From positions 800,001 to 864,000 of the forward strand of contig BK006941.2 of assembly GCA_000146045.2 (NCBI GenBank): a stretch of 64,000 bases of DNA, read 5' to 3'. Origin of the DNA: TPA_inf: Saccharomyces (taxonomy: Eukaryota). Below, piece by piece: positions 10,506 to 23,306 of this stretch. Under the pieces are notes generated by a model, which saw nothing but the letters and a program-made list of their open reading frames with translations, was not told the DNA's origin and made no database searches. The position numbers and the translations under genes were made by a program. The number at the start of each line of letters is the position of its first letter. The first letter of the stretch is position 1.

Positions 10506-11446
10506 ACGCCTGATGCGAGCTATACGTTTTGTGCTCACCGTGCACATATGGTGGCTACTTTTCTACTCAAACACGTTTGAAAAACGGCATACGATTAGCT
10601 TACAGATTGAACTCAAAGAAGTCGCAATGGGAGGTGCAGAAGATGACGTGTTACTTAGTTTATAATACAATGTGTTTTATATATCGATTCTTCGTTTATG
10701 CATTTCTGGACGATTGCTTTTCACTGTAAATACGCACTAATATTCATGAATATAAAAAAATGTAACATCATATCTCAATGTTCTTCTCCGTCAGTCAGAT
10801 AGTGGCAAGGCTGTGATAGGACATTCTTAGAACGCCAAGAAAATCAAAAATTTGAACGGTATCTAAATTCATTTGTCGAACCCTTGAAGAAACTCACAGA
10901 GCGGGGTATCTACTATTTTGTTTTCGTTCTTTTGAATCTCCGCTACGTCACATTTTCTACAACCCTCAGGTCCCCTCACCACGAAAATCCAAGATTTGTA
11001 AAATATGAGCCGCGTATTTCTGCAATGGTAGAAACGATAATGTACCTATCGTACAACGATACATTATTTTAGTGCATTATAAGCCGCTTGATTCATGTTG
11101 ATAATTAGCGGCTAAATTGTAGTAGTCATTCAAAATAATCGTACACCTTCATATAGTTATGAAAGGGGTATAAAAGATGAACGCTCGTTGGCCATGTCAA
11201 AGGTGCCTTAAAAATAACAATGCTTGCGGTAGTACGTGTGCAAAGTGTATATTCGCATGAGAGGTGATCGGAAATTGCTTTATCGCCCCACTAATTCTGA
11301 TTCTTATTCAAATATTTATGTCACGTAGCGAGCTTACTTATCCATATATCAAAGGAAATCCAGATATAAACTCAAACTAATTCTTCTGTTTCCACGTAAC
11401 TAGCATTCACATTGTAGTTTTCTAGATTACAGCAATTTATATATAT

Positions 11447-11778
11447 TGTTGGAATAAAAATCAACTATCATCTACTAACTAGTATTTACGTTACTAGTAT
11501 ATTATCATATACGGTGTTAGAAGATGACGCAAATGATGAGAAATAGTCATCTAAATTAGTGGAAGCTGAAACGCAAGGATTGATAATGTAATAGGATCAA
11601 TGAATATTAACATATAAAATGATGATAATAATATTTATAGAATTGTGTAGAATTGCAGATTCCCTTTTATGGATTCCTAAATCCTCGAGGAGAACTTCTA
11701 GTATATCTACATACCTAATATTATTGCCTTATCAAAAATGGAATCCCAACAATTACATCAAAATCCACATTCTCTACA
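11447..11778 (+). repeat. Ty2 5' LTR (delta, 332 bp)
   Basis: Starts TGTTGGAATA and ends ...CACATTCTCTACA, immediately followed by the tRNAiMet primer-binding site TGGTAGCGCC. Confidence 0.9.
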
Positions 11779-13054
11779 TGGTAGCGCCTATGCTTCGGTT
11801 ACTTCTAAGGAAGTCCCATCAAATCAAGATCCGTTAGCCGTTTCAGCTTCCAATTTACCGGAATTTGATAGAGATTCCACTAAGGTTAATTCTCAACAAG
11901 AGACAACACCTGGGACATCAGCTGTTCCAGAGAACCATCATCATGTCTCTCCTCAACCTGCTTCAGTACCACCTCCACAGAATGGACAGTACCAACAGCA
12001 CGGCATGATGACCCCAAACAAAGCTATGGCCTCTAACTGGGCACATTACCAACAACCGTCTATGATGACGTGTTCACATTATCAAACGTCACCTGCGTAT
12101 TATCAACCGGACCCACACTATCCGTTGCCACAGTATATCCCACCACTGAGTACTTCCTCACCTGATCCAATCGATTCACAGAATCAACACTCTGAAGTAC
12201 CTCAAGCTGAGACAAAGGTGAGAAATAACGTCTTACCACCACACACTTTAACATCAGAAGAAAACTTTTCTACATGGGTTAAATTTTACATCAGATTTTT
12301 GAAGAACTCTAATCTCGGTGACATCATTCCAAATGACCAGGGTGAAATCAAAAGTCAAATGACTTATGAAGAACATGCGTATATATACAATACCTTCCAA
12401 GCATTTGCCCCATTTCATTTATTGCCAACATGGGTAAAACAAATTTTAGAAATTAATTATGCTGACATCCTTACAGTCCTTTGTAAAAGTGTGTCCAAAA
12501 TGCAAACTAACAATCAAGAATTAAAGGATTGGATAGCTCTTGCCAACCTTGAGTACGACGGAAGTACATCTGCTGATACATTTGAAATTACAGTCAGTAC
12601 GATCATTCAGAGGCTAAAAGAAAACAATATCAATGTTAGCGACAGATTGGCCTGTCAACTAATACTTAAAGGTCTATCCGGTGACTTCAAATACCTACGT
12701 AATCAATATCGTACCAAAACGAACATGAAACTTTCCCAATTATTCGCTGAAATTCAGTTAATATATGACGAAAATAAAATCATGAATCTAAATAAACCGT
12801 CCCAATACAAACAACACAGCGAATACAAAAATGTTTCTCGCACATCTCCAAACACGACTAACACAAAGGTTACAACTCGTAATTATCATAGAACAAATAG
12901 TTCAAAACCAAGAGCAGCAAAAGCTCACAATATTGCTACATCTAGTAAATTCTCAAGGGTGAACAATGATCACATTAATGAATCAACCGTTTCATCACAA
13001 TACTTAAGCGATGACAACGAACTTAGTCTTAGGCCAGCAACAGAAAGAATCTAA
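11738..13054 (+). CDS. Ty2 Gag (TYA), 438 aa
   Basis: The ATG sits inside the 5' LTR, 293 nt from the LTR start, as in Ty1/Ty2. The protein matches Ty2 TYA. Confidence 0.9.
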
Positions 13055-16000
13055 GCCAACACACACAATAGACTCGAATGACGAACTACCTGATCACCTT
13101 CTTATTGATTCAGGAGCTTCGCAAACGCTTGTCAGATCAGCCCATTATTTACACCATGCAACACCCAATTCTGAAATAAACATAGTCGATGCTCAAAAAC
13201 AAGACATTCCTATAAATGCCATTGGTAATCTTCACTTCAACTTTCAGAACGGCACCAAAACATCAATAAAAGCACTACACACACCAAACATAGCCTATGA
13301 TCTATTAAGTTTGAGTGAGCTGGCTAATCAAAATATTACTGCCTGCTTTACCAGAAACACTTTAGAAAGATCGGATGGTACAGTACTAGCTCCCATAGTC
13401 AAACATGGAGACTTTTACTGGTTATCTAAAAAATACCTAATTCCTTCGCACATTTCAAAGCTAACAATAAACAACGTCAACAAAAGCAAAAGCGTAAATA
13501 AATATCCATATCCGTTAATACATCGAATGCTTGGACATGCTAACTTCCGAAGTATTCAGAAGTCTCTTAAGAAGAATGCAGTTACATATTTGAAGGAATC
13601 GGATATTGAATGGTCTAACGCTAGCACATATCAATGTCCTGACTGTCTAATCGGCAAAAGCACGAAACATAGACATGTCAAAGGATCACGACTAAAGTAC
13701 CAAGAATCATATGAGCCTTTTCAGTACTTGCACACCGATATATTTGGTCCTGTACATCACTTACCGAAAAGTGCACCTTCTTACTTTATATCGTTTACAG
13801 ATGAGAAAACCAGATTCCAATGGGTGTACCCATTACACGACCGTCGTGAAGAATCTATCCTCAATGTTTTTACATCGATATTAGCATTTATTAAGAACCA
13901 ATTCAATGCTCGCGTTCTAGTTATCCAGATGGATCGTGGCTCCGAGTACACTAACAAAACTCTTCATAAGTTCTTTACGAACAGAGGTATTACTGCATGC
14001 TATACAACCACGGCAGATTCTAGAGCACACGGTGTCGCTGAACGATTAAATCGTACTTTATTAAACGATTGTCGCACACTGCTTCATTGCAGTGGTCTAC
14101 CAAATCATCTATGGTTCTCAGCAGTCGAATTTTCTACTATAATCAGAAATTCATTAGTCTCACCAAAAAACGATAAATCTGCAAGACAACATGCAGGTTT
14201 AGCTGGACTGGACATTACTACTATACTACCTTTCGGTCAACCGGTTATAGTTAACAACCATAATCCCGACTCGAAAATACATCCTCGTGGCATTCCAGGT
14301 TACGCCTTACATCCGTCACGAAACTCTTATGGCTATATTATCTATCTTCCATCATTAAAAAAGACAGTAGATACTACCAATTACGTTATATTACAAGACA
14401 AGCAATCCAAATTGGACCAATTCAATTATGATACACTCACCTTTGATGATGATCTCAATCGTTTAACAGCCCATAACCAATCTTTTATTGAACAAAATGA
14501 AACGGAGCAGTCATATGATCAAAATACAGAATCTGATCATGACTATCAATCGGAGATTGAAATAAACTCTGATCCTCTAGTGAACGACTTCTCGTCCCAA
14601 TCAATAAACCCTTTACAATTAGACAAGGAACCAGTCCAAAAAGTACGTGCACCAAAAGAAGTTGATGCCGACATATCTGAATACAATATTCTTCCATCTA
14701 CTATACGATCTCGTACACCCCATATCATTAATAAAGAGAGTACCGAAATGGGTGGTACCGTTGAATCAGATACTACTTCACCTAGACACTCGTCTACCTT
14801 CACTGCACGAAACCAAAACCGACCTGGTAGTACCAATGAGATGATTGATTTGACCTCACAGGATAGAGTTAATTATGGACTTGAAAACATCAAAACTACA
14901 CGTTTGGGTGGTACGGAGGAACCATATATTCAACGAAATAGTGATACAAATATCAAATACAGGACTACAAATAGTACGCCCTCAATAGATGACCGTTCGT
15001 CCAACAGTGAATCCACTACTCCCATCATCTCCATAGAAACAAAGGCTGTATGTGATAATACACCCTCCATTGATACGGATCCGCCAGAATATCGATCTTC
15101 TGACCATGCGACTCCTAATATAATGCCTGACAAATCCTCAAAAAATGTTACGGCTGATTCTATTCTTGACGACCTCCCACTTCCTGACTTAACCCATAAA
15201 TCTCCTACGGACACTTCTGATGTTTCAAAAGATATTCCACACATACACTCTCGTCAGACTAATTCCAGTTTGGGTGGTATGGATGATTCTAATGTTCTGA
15301 CTACTACCAAAAGTAAGAAAAGATCATTAGAAGATAATGAAACTGAAATTGAGGTATCCCGAGACACATGGAATAATAAGAATATGAGAAGTCTGGAACC
15401 ACCAAGATCGAAGAAACGCATAAATTTAATTGCAGCAATAAAAGGAGTGAAATCGATCAAACCAGTTCGAACGACCTTAAGATATGATGAAGCAATTACA
15501 TATAATAAAGACAACAAAGAAAAAGACAGATATGTTGAAGCTTATCATAAAGAAATTAGCCAACTATTGAAAATGAACACTTGGGATACAAACAAATATT
15601 ATGATAGAAATGACATAGATCCTAAAAAAGTAATAAACTCAATGTTTATATTTAACAAGAAACGTGATGGTACACACAAAGCTAGATTTGTTGCAAGAGG
15701 CGACATTCAACACCCCGATACATATGATTCTGATATGCAATCCAATACCGTACATCACTATGCACTGATGACGTCACTGTCAATCGCATTAGACAACGAC
15801 TATTATATCACACAGCTGGACATATCCTCTGCTTACTTATATGCTGATATCAAAGAAGAATTATACATAAGACCTCCACCACATTTAGGTTTGAATGATA
15901 AATTACTACGTTTGAGAAAATCACTCTATGGTTTGAAACAAAGTGGTGCAAACTGGTATGAAACCATTAAATCATATTTAATAAATTGTTGCGACATGCA

Positions 16001-17051
16001 AGAAGTTCGCGGATGGTCATGCGTATTTAAGAATAGTCAAGTAACAATTTGCTTATTCGTTGATGATATGATATTATTCAGCAAAGACTTAAATGCAAAT
16101 AAGAAAATCATAACAACACTCAAGAAACAATACGATACAAAGATAATAAATCTGGGTGAAAGTGATAACGAAATTCAGTACGACATACTTGGATTAGAGA
16201 TCAAATATCAAAGAAGCAAGTACATGAAATTAGGTATGGAAAAATCCTTGACAGAAAAATTACCCAAACTAAACGTACCTTTGAACCCAAAAGGAAAGAA
16301 ACTTAGAGCTCCAGGTCAACCAGGTCATTATATAGACCAGGATGAACTAGAAATAGATGAAGATGAATACAAAGAGAAAGTACATGAAATGCAAAAGTTG
16401 ATTGGTCTAGCTTCATATGTTGGATATAAATTTAGATTTGACTTACTATACTACATCAACACACTTGCTCAACATATACTATTCCCCTCTAGGCAAGTTT
16501 TAGACATGACATATGAGTTAATACAATTCATGTGGGACACTAGAGATAAACAATTAATATGGCACAAAAACAAACCTACCAAGCCAGATAATAAACTAGT
16601 CGCAATAAGCGATGCTTCATATGGTAACCAACCATATTACAAGTCACAAATTGGTAACATTTTCCTACTCAACGGAAAAGTGATTGGAGGAAAGTCGACA
16701 AAGGCTTCGTTAACATGCACTTCAACTACAGAAGCAGAAATACACGCAGTCAGTGAAGCTATTCCGCTATTGAATAACCTCAGTCACCTTGTGCAAGAAC
16801 TTAACAAGAAACCAATTATTAAAGGCTTACTTACTGATAGTAGATCAACGATCAGTATAATTAAGTCTACAAATGAAGAGAAATTTAGAAACAGATTTTT
16901 TGGCACAAAGGCAATGAGACTTAGAGATGAAGTATCAGGTAATAATTTATACGTATACTACATCGAGACCAAGAAGAACATTGCTGATGTGATGACAAAA
17001 CCTCTTCCGATAAAAACATTTAAACTATTAACTAACAAATGGATTCATTAG
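11738..17051 (+). CDS. Ty2 Gag-Pol (TYA-TYB: protease, integrase, RT, RNase H) made by a +1 ribosomal frameshift at CTTAGGC 13028-13034
   Basis: The span is 5314 nt = 3x1771+1, i.e. 1770 aa plus stop plus one skipped nucleotide. The downstream frame (13011..17051) encodes an integrase with the HHCC zinc finger (HRMLGHAN...CPDC) and RT with the YVDDM motif ([11 protein letters not shown]). Confidence 0.85.
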
Positions 17052-17074
17052 ATCTATTACATTATGGGTGGTAT

Positions 17075-17392
17075 GTTGGAATAAAAATCAACTATCATCT
17101 ACTAACTAGTATTTACGTTACTAGTATATTATCATATACGGTGTTAGAAGATGACGCAAATGATGAGAAATAGTCATCTAAATTAGTGGAAGCTGAAACG
17201 CAAGGATTGATAATGTAATAGGATCAATGAATATTAACATATAAAATGATGATAATAATATTTATAGAATTGTGTAGAATTGCAGATTCCCTTTTATGGA
17301 TTCCTAAATCCTCGAGGAGAACTTCTAGTATATCTACATACCTAATATTATTGCCTTATTAAAAATGGAATCCCAACAATTACATAAAAATC
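17075..17392 (+). repeat. Ty2 3' LTR, proximal 318 bp (truncated by the Ty1 insertion; continues at 23312..23324)
   Basis: Begins 23 nt after the TYB stop. It is identical to the 5' LTR apart from 2 substitutions, up to ...CAATTACATAAAAATC. Confidence 0.85.
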
Positions 17393-17724
17393 TGAGATAT
17401 ATGTGGGTAATTAGATAATTGTTGGGATTCCATTGTTGATAAAGGCTATAATATTAGGTATACAGAATATACTAGAAGTTCTCCTCGAGGATATAGGAAT
17501 CCTCAAAATGGAATCTATATTTCTACATACTAATATTACGATTATTCCTCATTCCGTTTTATATGTTTCATTATCCTATTACATTATCAATCCTTGCACT
17601 TCAGCTTCCTCTAACTTCGATGACAGCTTCTCATAACTTATGTCATCATCTTAACACCGTATATGATAATATATTGATAATATAACTATTAGTTGATAGA
17701 CGATAGTGGATTTTTATTCCAACA
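17393..17724 (-). repeat. Ty1 3' LTR (delta, 332 bp)
   Basis: On the + strand it reads TGAGATATATG...TTATTCCAACA. The TYB stop lies 23 nt inside, at 17747. Confidence 0.9.
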
Positions 17725-17746
17725 TACCACCCATAATGTAATAGAT

Positions 17747-20700
17747 CTAATGAATCCATTTGTTTGTTAATAGTTTGAATGTTTTTATCGGAAGAGGTTT
17801 GGTCATTACGTCTGCAATATTCTTTTTGGTTTCGATATAGCATACGTGCAGATGATTTCCTGATACTTCATCTCTCAGTCTCATTGCTTTAGTACCAAAA
17901 AATCTGTTTCTAAATTTCTCTTCATTATTGGATATAATTATACTGATTGTAGATTTACTGTCGGTTAGTAATCCTTTGGTAATTGGTTTCTTGTCGAGTT
18001 CTTGTATCAGGTAACTTAGATTATTTAATAATGGGACAGATTCACTTATTGCGTGTATTTCTGCTTCCGTAGTTGAAGTACATGTTAATGAAGCCTTGGT
18101 GGACTTTCCTCCAATTACTTTTCCATTAAGTAAATATATGTTGCCAATTTGTGATTTATAATACGGTTGGTTACCATACGAGGCATCGCTTATAACAACT
18201 AATTTATTTGTTGGCTTAACAGGTTTGCTTTTGTGCCATATTAATTGCTTATCTCTCGTATTCCATATGAACTGTATCAATTCATATGTCATATCTAACA
18301 CTTGCTTGGACGGAAATAGTATATGTTGTGCAAGTGTGTTGATGTAGTATAATAGGTCAAATCTAAATTTATATCCAACATATGATGCTAGACCTATCAG
18401 CTTTTGCATTTCATGTACCTTCATTTTGTAATCATCTTCTTCTAGCTCTAGTTCTTGCTGGTTTATATAGAGACCTGGTTGGCCTGGGGCACCAAGTTTT
18501 CTTCCGTTTGGATTCAAAGGTACGTTTAATTTGGGTATTTTCTCAGTTAATGAGTTTTCCATACCTAATTTCATGTATTTACCTCTTTGATATTTGATTT
18601 CTAAGCCAAGGATGTCGTATTGAATTTCATCATCGCTTTCACCTAGATTTATAATCTTGGTATCGTATTGCATCTTGAGTTTTGCTATAATTCTTTTATT
18701 CGAATTTAAGTCCTTGCTGAACAATATCATATCATCAACGAATAAGCAAATTGTTACTTGACTATTCTTAAATACGCATGACCATCCACGAACTTCTTCC
18801 ATACCACACTGTTTTATCAGGTATGATTTGATAGTTTCGTACCAGTTCGCTCCACTTTGTTTCAATCCATAAAGTGATTTCTTCAAACGTATCAACTTAT
18901 CATTCATTCCTAAATGTGGTGGAGGTCTTATGTATAATTCTTCTTTGATGTCTGCATACAAATATGCCGAAGATATGTCTAATTGTGTAATATAGTAGTT
19001 ATTGTCTAATGCAAGTGACAGGGATGTCATTAATGCATAGTGATGTACGGTATTGGATTGCATGCCTGAGTCGTAAGTGTCAGGATGCTGAATATCACCT
19101 CTTGCAACAAATCTAGCTTTATGAGTACCGTCACGTTTCCTGTTGAAGATAAACATTGAATTTATTACTCTTTTAGGGTCTATTTCTTTTCTGTCATAAT
19201 ATTTGTCAGTGTCCCAAGTATTCATTTTCAATAGTTGGTTGACTTCTTTGTGGTATGCTTCGATATATTTTTCCTTTTCTTTAATATCTTTATTATAGGT
19301 GATTGCCTCATCGTATCTTAAGGTTGTCCGTATTGGTTTGATTGATTTTACTGCTTTTACAGCTGCAATCAGGTGAATTCGTTTCTTCGATCTCGGAGGT
19401 TCTAAACTACGCATATTCTTAGTATTCCATGTGTCTCGTGATACCTTAATTTCAGTTTCATTATCTTCTAATGATCTTTTCTTACTGTTGATAGTAGTAT
19501 AGGCATTAGAGTCACCAATACCACCCAAACTGGAATTAGTTTGACGAGAATTGATCGGTGGAAGTTCTTTAAAGGAGTCTGATAATTCGGTAGGAGGTTC
19601 TGGAGGCAGATCGGGAAGTGGAAGATCAGCAATTATAGATTCCTCTGTATTCTCCTTAGGACAGGTATCTGACGTTTTGATAGGAACGACGTGGTGTAGT
19701 GAATTACTTTCTGATGAGGAAGTATCGATCGAAGGTGAACGGTGTATAATCCTTTTCTCAGTCTCCTGTTCGCTTGTCTGCGGAACAGTTTTATTATTGG
19801 TACCACCCGTACTGGATATTGGTACGTTTGTATGATTAGTCTCATTGTCACTGTACGAGTCTGAGTGTCTGAAATCTTTAGATTTACTGGCGTACGACGA
19901 CTCATGTGTGTTAGATTGGGACATGGGAGCAAGTAAAGGAACATTTAATTTATGCATACCACCCGAACCGGTACTCTCGATATTGGAAATTTGGGGGGTG
20001 CTAGATCTCTTCTTTGATGGAAGAATATTAGATTCAGATATGTTGGGGTCAACTTCTCTGGGTGCGCGAATATTGGTTTTAGAAACACGTTTCGAATCTT
20101 CAGTATGAGTTGACGGAGGTGTGGAATCGGTTGGACTCACAGCTTTTGAAAGGACATTTCTCGGTTGCTCAGGATGTAGTTCAATGTCGGATTGGAAGTC
20201 ATGGTCAGATTCTATGTTAAGATCATTGGATTCTTGGATCTCATTTGACGCAATGAACGAATGATATGAAGCAGTTAAACGGTTTAAGTCTTCATCGAAA
20301 GTGAGTGCGTCGTAATTGAATTGATCTAATCTGGATTCCTTGCCCTGAAGAATAACATAGTTAGTTGTATCTACTGTCTTCTTTAAGGATGGAAGATAGA
20401 TGATATATCCATAAGAGTTTCGAGACGGATGTAGAGCGTAGCCTGGGATGCCACGAGGATGTATTTTGGAGTTAGGGTTGTGATCATTGACGATAACAGG
20501 TTGACCGAAAGGTAACAAAGTACTGATATCAAGTCCTGCCAAGCCAGCATGTTGTCTTGCAGATTTTTTGCTTTTAGGTGAAGCTAGTGAATTTCTCACA
20601 ATAGTAGAAAATTCGATTGCAGAGAACCATAAATGGTTCGGTAAACCACTACATTGCAGTTGAGTACGGCAGTCATCTAATAAGGTACGGTTCAGCCGTT

Positions 20701-23015
20701 CAGCGACTCCATGTGCTCGGGAATCCGCTGTGGTTGTATAGCATGGAGTTATACCATTTTTTTCAAGGAATTTATGGAGAGTTCTGTTAGTATACTCAGA
20801 ACCACGGTCCATTTGTATAACTAAGACACTGGCCTGAAACTGGTTTTTAATAAAAGCTAGTATCGTAGTAAAAACATCGAGGATAGAGTCCTCGCGACGG
20901 TCGTGTAATGGATAAACCCAACGGAATTTTGTTGTCTCATCAGTAAATGAGATGAAATAGGATGGTGCACTTTTTGGTAGGTTGTGAACTGGACCAAATA
21001 TGTCAGTATGTAGGTATTGAAAGGGTTCGTATGAATTTTGGTATTTTAGTCGTGAACCTTTGATATGTCTGTGTTTGGTGCTTTTGCCGATTAAACAATC
21101 AGGACATTGATAGTCAATAGCACTAGACCAGTCGACATCTGATTCGTTAAAATACGTGATGGTGTTATTTTTAAGTGAGTATCGAATTGTCTGTGCATTG
21201 GCATGCGCAAGCATTCGATGAATGAAAGGATAAGGATATTTGCGTGTACTTTCACTTGTATGGACATTATTGATGGTGGGTACGGAGATATTTGATGGAA
21301 GCAAGTACTTTTTAGATACCCAGTAAAAGTCTCCATATTTCACGATAGGTGCAAGTACAGTGCCGTCAGACCGTTCTAAGACGTTTTTGGTAAAGCATGC
21401 TGTGATATCTACTGCAGCCAATTCATTCAAACTGAGTAAGTCATAGGCTATGTTAGGAGTGTGCAATACCTTTATTGATGTTTTGGTGTTGTCCTGGAAG
21501 TGAAATTGTAGGTCACCAATAGCGTTAATTGGTATATTTCTTTTTTGAGCATCAACTACGTTTATGTCAGGATTAGATGATGCTGAGTGTATGTGATGAG
21601 CAGATCTTATAAGGGTTCGTGATGCTCCTGAATCGAGAAGGAGGTGTCCAGGGAGTTCATCATCAGAATGATTAGTATGATTTACTGTAGATTCAGTAAG
21701 TTTCTGGCCTAAGATGAAGGTCGTGCTTATTGTTCAATTGAATCGGTTCAGTAGTTGATTTACTGATGGAATCGTTGTCCGTGCTGGGAGAGTTATTAGA
21801 TGTGGATACATTGTGAGCCCTGGCTGTTTTCGATTTCGAATTATTTGTTTTTTGAGGATTCCGAGCTATAACTTTGGGTTTGGTTGTATTCGTATAGCTG
21901 CGAGAATCATTCTTCTCATCACTCGGATTTCTCCTGTAATTAGGTTTGCTGTTTCTCGATCCCTGTTGTTCTTCATAAATAGCATGGATATCTAAGAACA
22001 GTTCAGCGACTGTCATATTTAGATGTCGATGACGTGTGTAGCGTAAAAATTTATATTCGCCAGATAGACCTCTCATAATTAATTGGCATGCGACCTTGTT
22101 ATTGATATGAATGCCATTATTGTTCAGTCTGTCGATAATGTTTGTGACTTTTGTTTCAAATGCATCTGCAGGTGTACTGCCATTATATTGCAAATTTGCC
22201 AGGGTCACAATGTCGTTTGCCTCTTGGGTATCAGATTGCATTTTTTCAATACTTTTGGAAAGAATTTTCATGATATCCGTATAATCAACGGATAGGATGT
22301 CTTTGACCCAGGTAGGTAGGAATTGAGAGGGAGCAAATATTTGAAAAGTGTTATACAAGAAGGTGAGTTCATCATCAGTGATCTGACGTACGGGTTTTCC
22401 GTTTACTGTCGGAATAATACCACCGAGATTCGAGTTTTGTAAAAATTTGATGTATGTTTTAACCCAATTTGGAAAGTCATTAGGTGAGGTTAACATTGGT
22501 GGTGGTCTGACATATTTTTTAGTGGATGTCATATCAGAGTCCGCTGAGGATGAATCAGTAAATGTATTACCTGACTCAGGTGATGGAGTGCTCAGAGGCG
22601 TTCCAACTGATGATGGATACTGCGGAAACTGTGATTGTGGCCCAGGTGGAAAGTACATAGGCGACATTTGATAAGGTGTATACGGAATCATAGATGGGTG
22701 TCCGTAAAATGACCAACCAGATGGATTGGCTTGGTTTTGGGTCATCATGCACTGCTGTGGGTACGGCCCATTCTGTGGAGGTGGTACTGAAGCAGGTTGA
22801 GGAGAGGCATGATGGGGGTTCTCTGGAACAGCTGATGAAGCAGGTGTTGTTGTCTGTTGAGAGTTAGCCTTAGTGGAAGCCTTATCATATTCTTGAATTT
22901 TGGAAGCTGAAACGTCTAACGGATCTTGATTTGTGTGGACTTCCTTAGAAGTAACCGAAGCACAGGCGCTACCATGAGATATATGTGGGTAATTAGATAA
23001 TTGTTGGGATTCCAT
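17747..23015 (-). CDS. Ty1 Gag-Pol (TYA-TYB) via +1 frameshift
   Basis: Length arithmetic fits 1755 aa. The ORF track shows the Pol frame open for at least 1239 aa from 21466. I could not verify that the frame is continuous between 21466 and 21713. Confidence 0.75.
21693..23015 (-). CDS. Ty1 Gag (TYA), 440 aa
   Basis: The ORF matches canonical Ty1 TYA. Confidence 0.9.
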   Translation of the reverse strand: MESQQLSNYPHISHGSACASVTSKEVHTNQDPLDVSASKIQEYDKASTKANSQQTTTPASSAVPENPHHASPQPASVPPPQNGPYPQQCMMTQNQANPSGWSFYGHPSMIPYTPYQMSPMYFPPGPQSQFPQYPSSVGTPLSTPSPESGNTFTDSSSADSDMTSTKKYVRPPPMLTSPNDFPNWVKTYIKFLQNSNLGGIIPTVNGKPVRQITDDELTFLYNTFQIFAPSQFLPTWVKDILSVDYTDIMKILSKSIEKMQSDTQEANDIVTLANLQYNGSTPADAFETKVTNIIDRLNNNGIHINNKVACQLIMRGLSGEYKFLRYTRHRHLNMTVAELFLDIHAIYEEQQGSRNSKPNYRRNPSDEKNDSRSYTNTTKPKVIARNPQKTNNSKSKTARAHNVSTSNNSPSTDNDSISKSTTEPIQLNNKHDLHLRPETY

Positions 23016-23306
23016 TGTTGATAAAGGCTATAATATTAGGTATACAGAATATACTAGAAGTTCTCCTCGAGGATATAGGAATCCTCAAAATGGAATCTAT
23101 ATTTCTACATACTAATATTACGATTATTCCTCATTCCGTTTTATATGTTTCATTATCCTATTACATTATCAATCCTTGCACTTCAGCTTCCTCTAACTTC
23201 GATGACAGCTTCTCATAACTTATGTCATCATCTTAACACCGTATATGATAATATATTGATAATATAACTATTAGTTGATAGACGATAGTGGATTTTTATT
23301 CCAACA
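22975..23306 (-). repeat. Ty1 5' LTR (delta, 332 bp), identical to its 3' LTR
   Basis: Same sequence as 17393-17724. The identical 67-aa spurious ORFs at 17433..17636 and 23015..23218 confirm identity over at least 204 nt. Confidence 0.9.

Larger units (their letters stand above)
11447..17392 (+). mobile_element. Full-length Ty2 LTR retrotransposon. Its 3' LTR is interrupted 13 bp before its end by the nested Ty1; the displaced 13-bp LTR tail is at 23312..23324.
   Basis: TGTTGG...delta LTRs. The PBS TGGTAGCGCC (11779-11788) abuts the 5' LTR. The Gag is 438 aa and Ty2-type ([21 protein letters not shown]...). The +1 frameshift heptamer CTTAGGC is at 13028-13034. Gag-Pol is 1770 aa. Confidence 0.9.
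17393..23306 (-). mobile_element. Full-length Ty1 LTR retrotransposon inserted in inverted orientation into the terminal 13 bp of the Ty2 3' LTR
   Basis: Canonical Ty1 Gag (440 aa, [21 protein letters not shown]...). Gag-Pol span is 5269 nt = 3x1756+1. The frameshift heptamer (GCCTAAG on + = CTTAGGC on -) is at 21707-21713. The PBS (rc TGGTAGCGCC) is at 22965-22974. The two LTRs are identical, and the element is flanked by 5-bp AAATC direct repeats. Confidence 0.9.

Noticed and set aside
17433-17636. Identical 67-aa ORFs inside the Ty1 LTRs (also 23015..23218), and 70-104-aa ORFs antisense within Ty Pol
   Set aside because: They are LTR-internal or antisense ORFs of retrotransposons with no known products. 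They are useful only as evidence of LTR identity.
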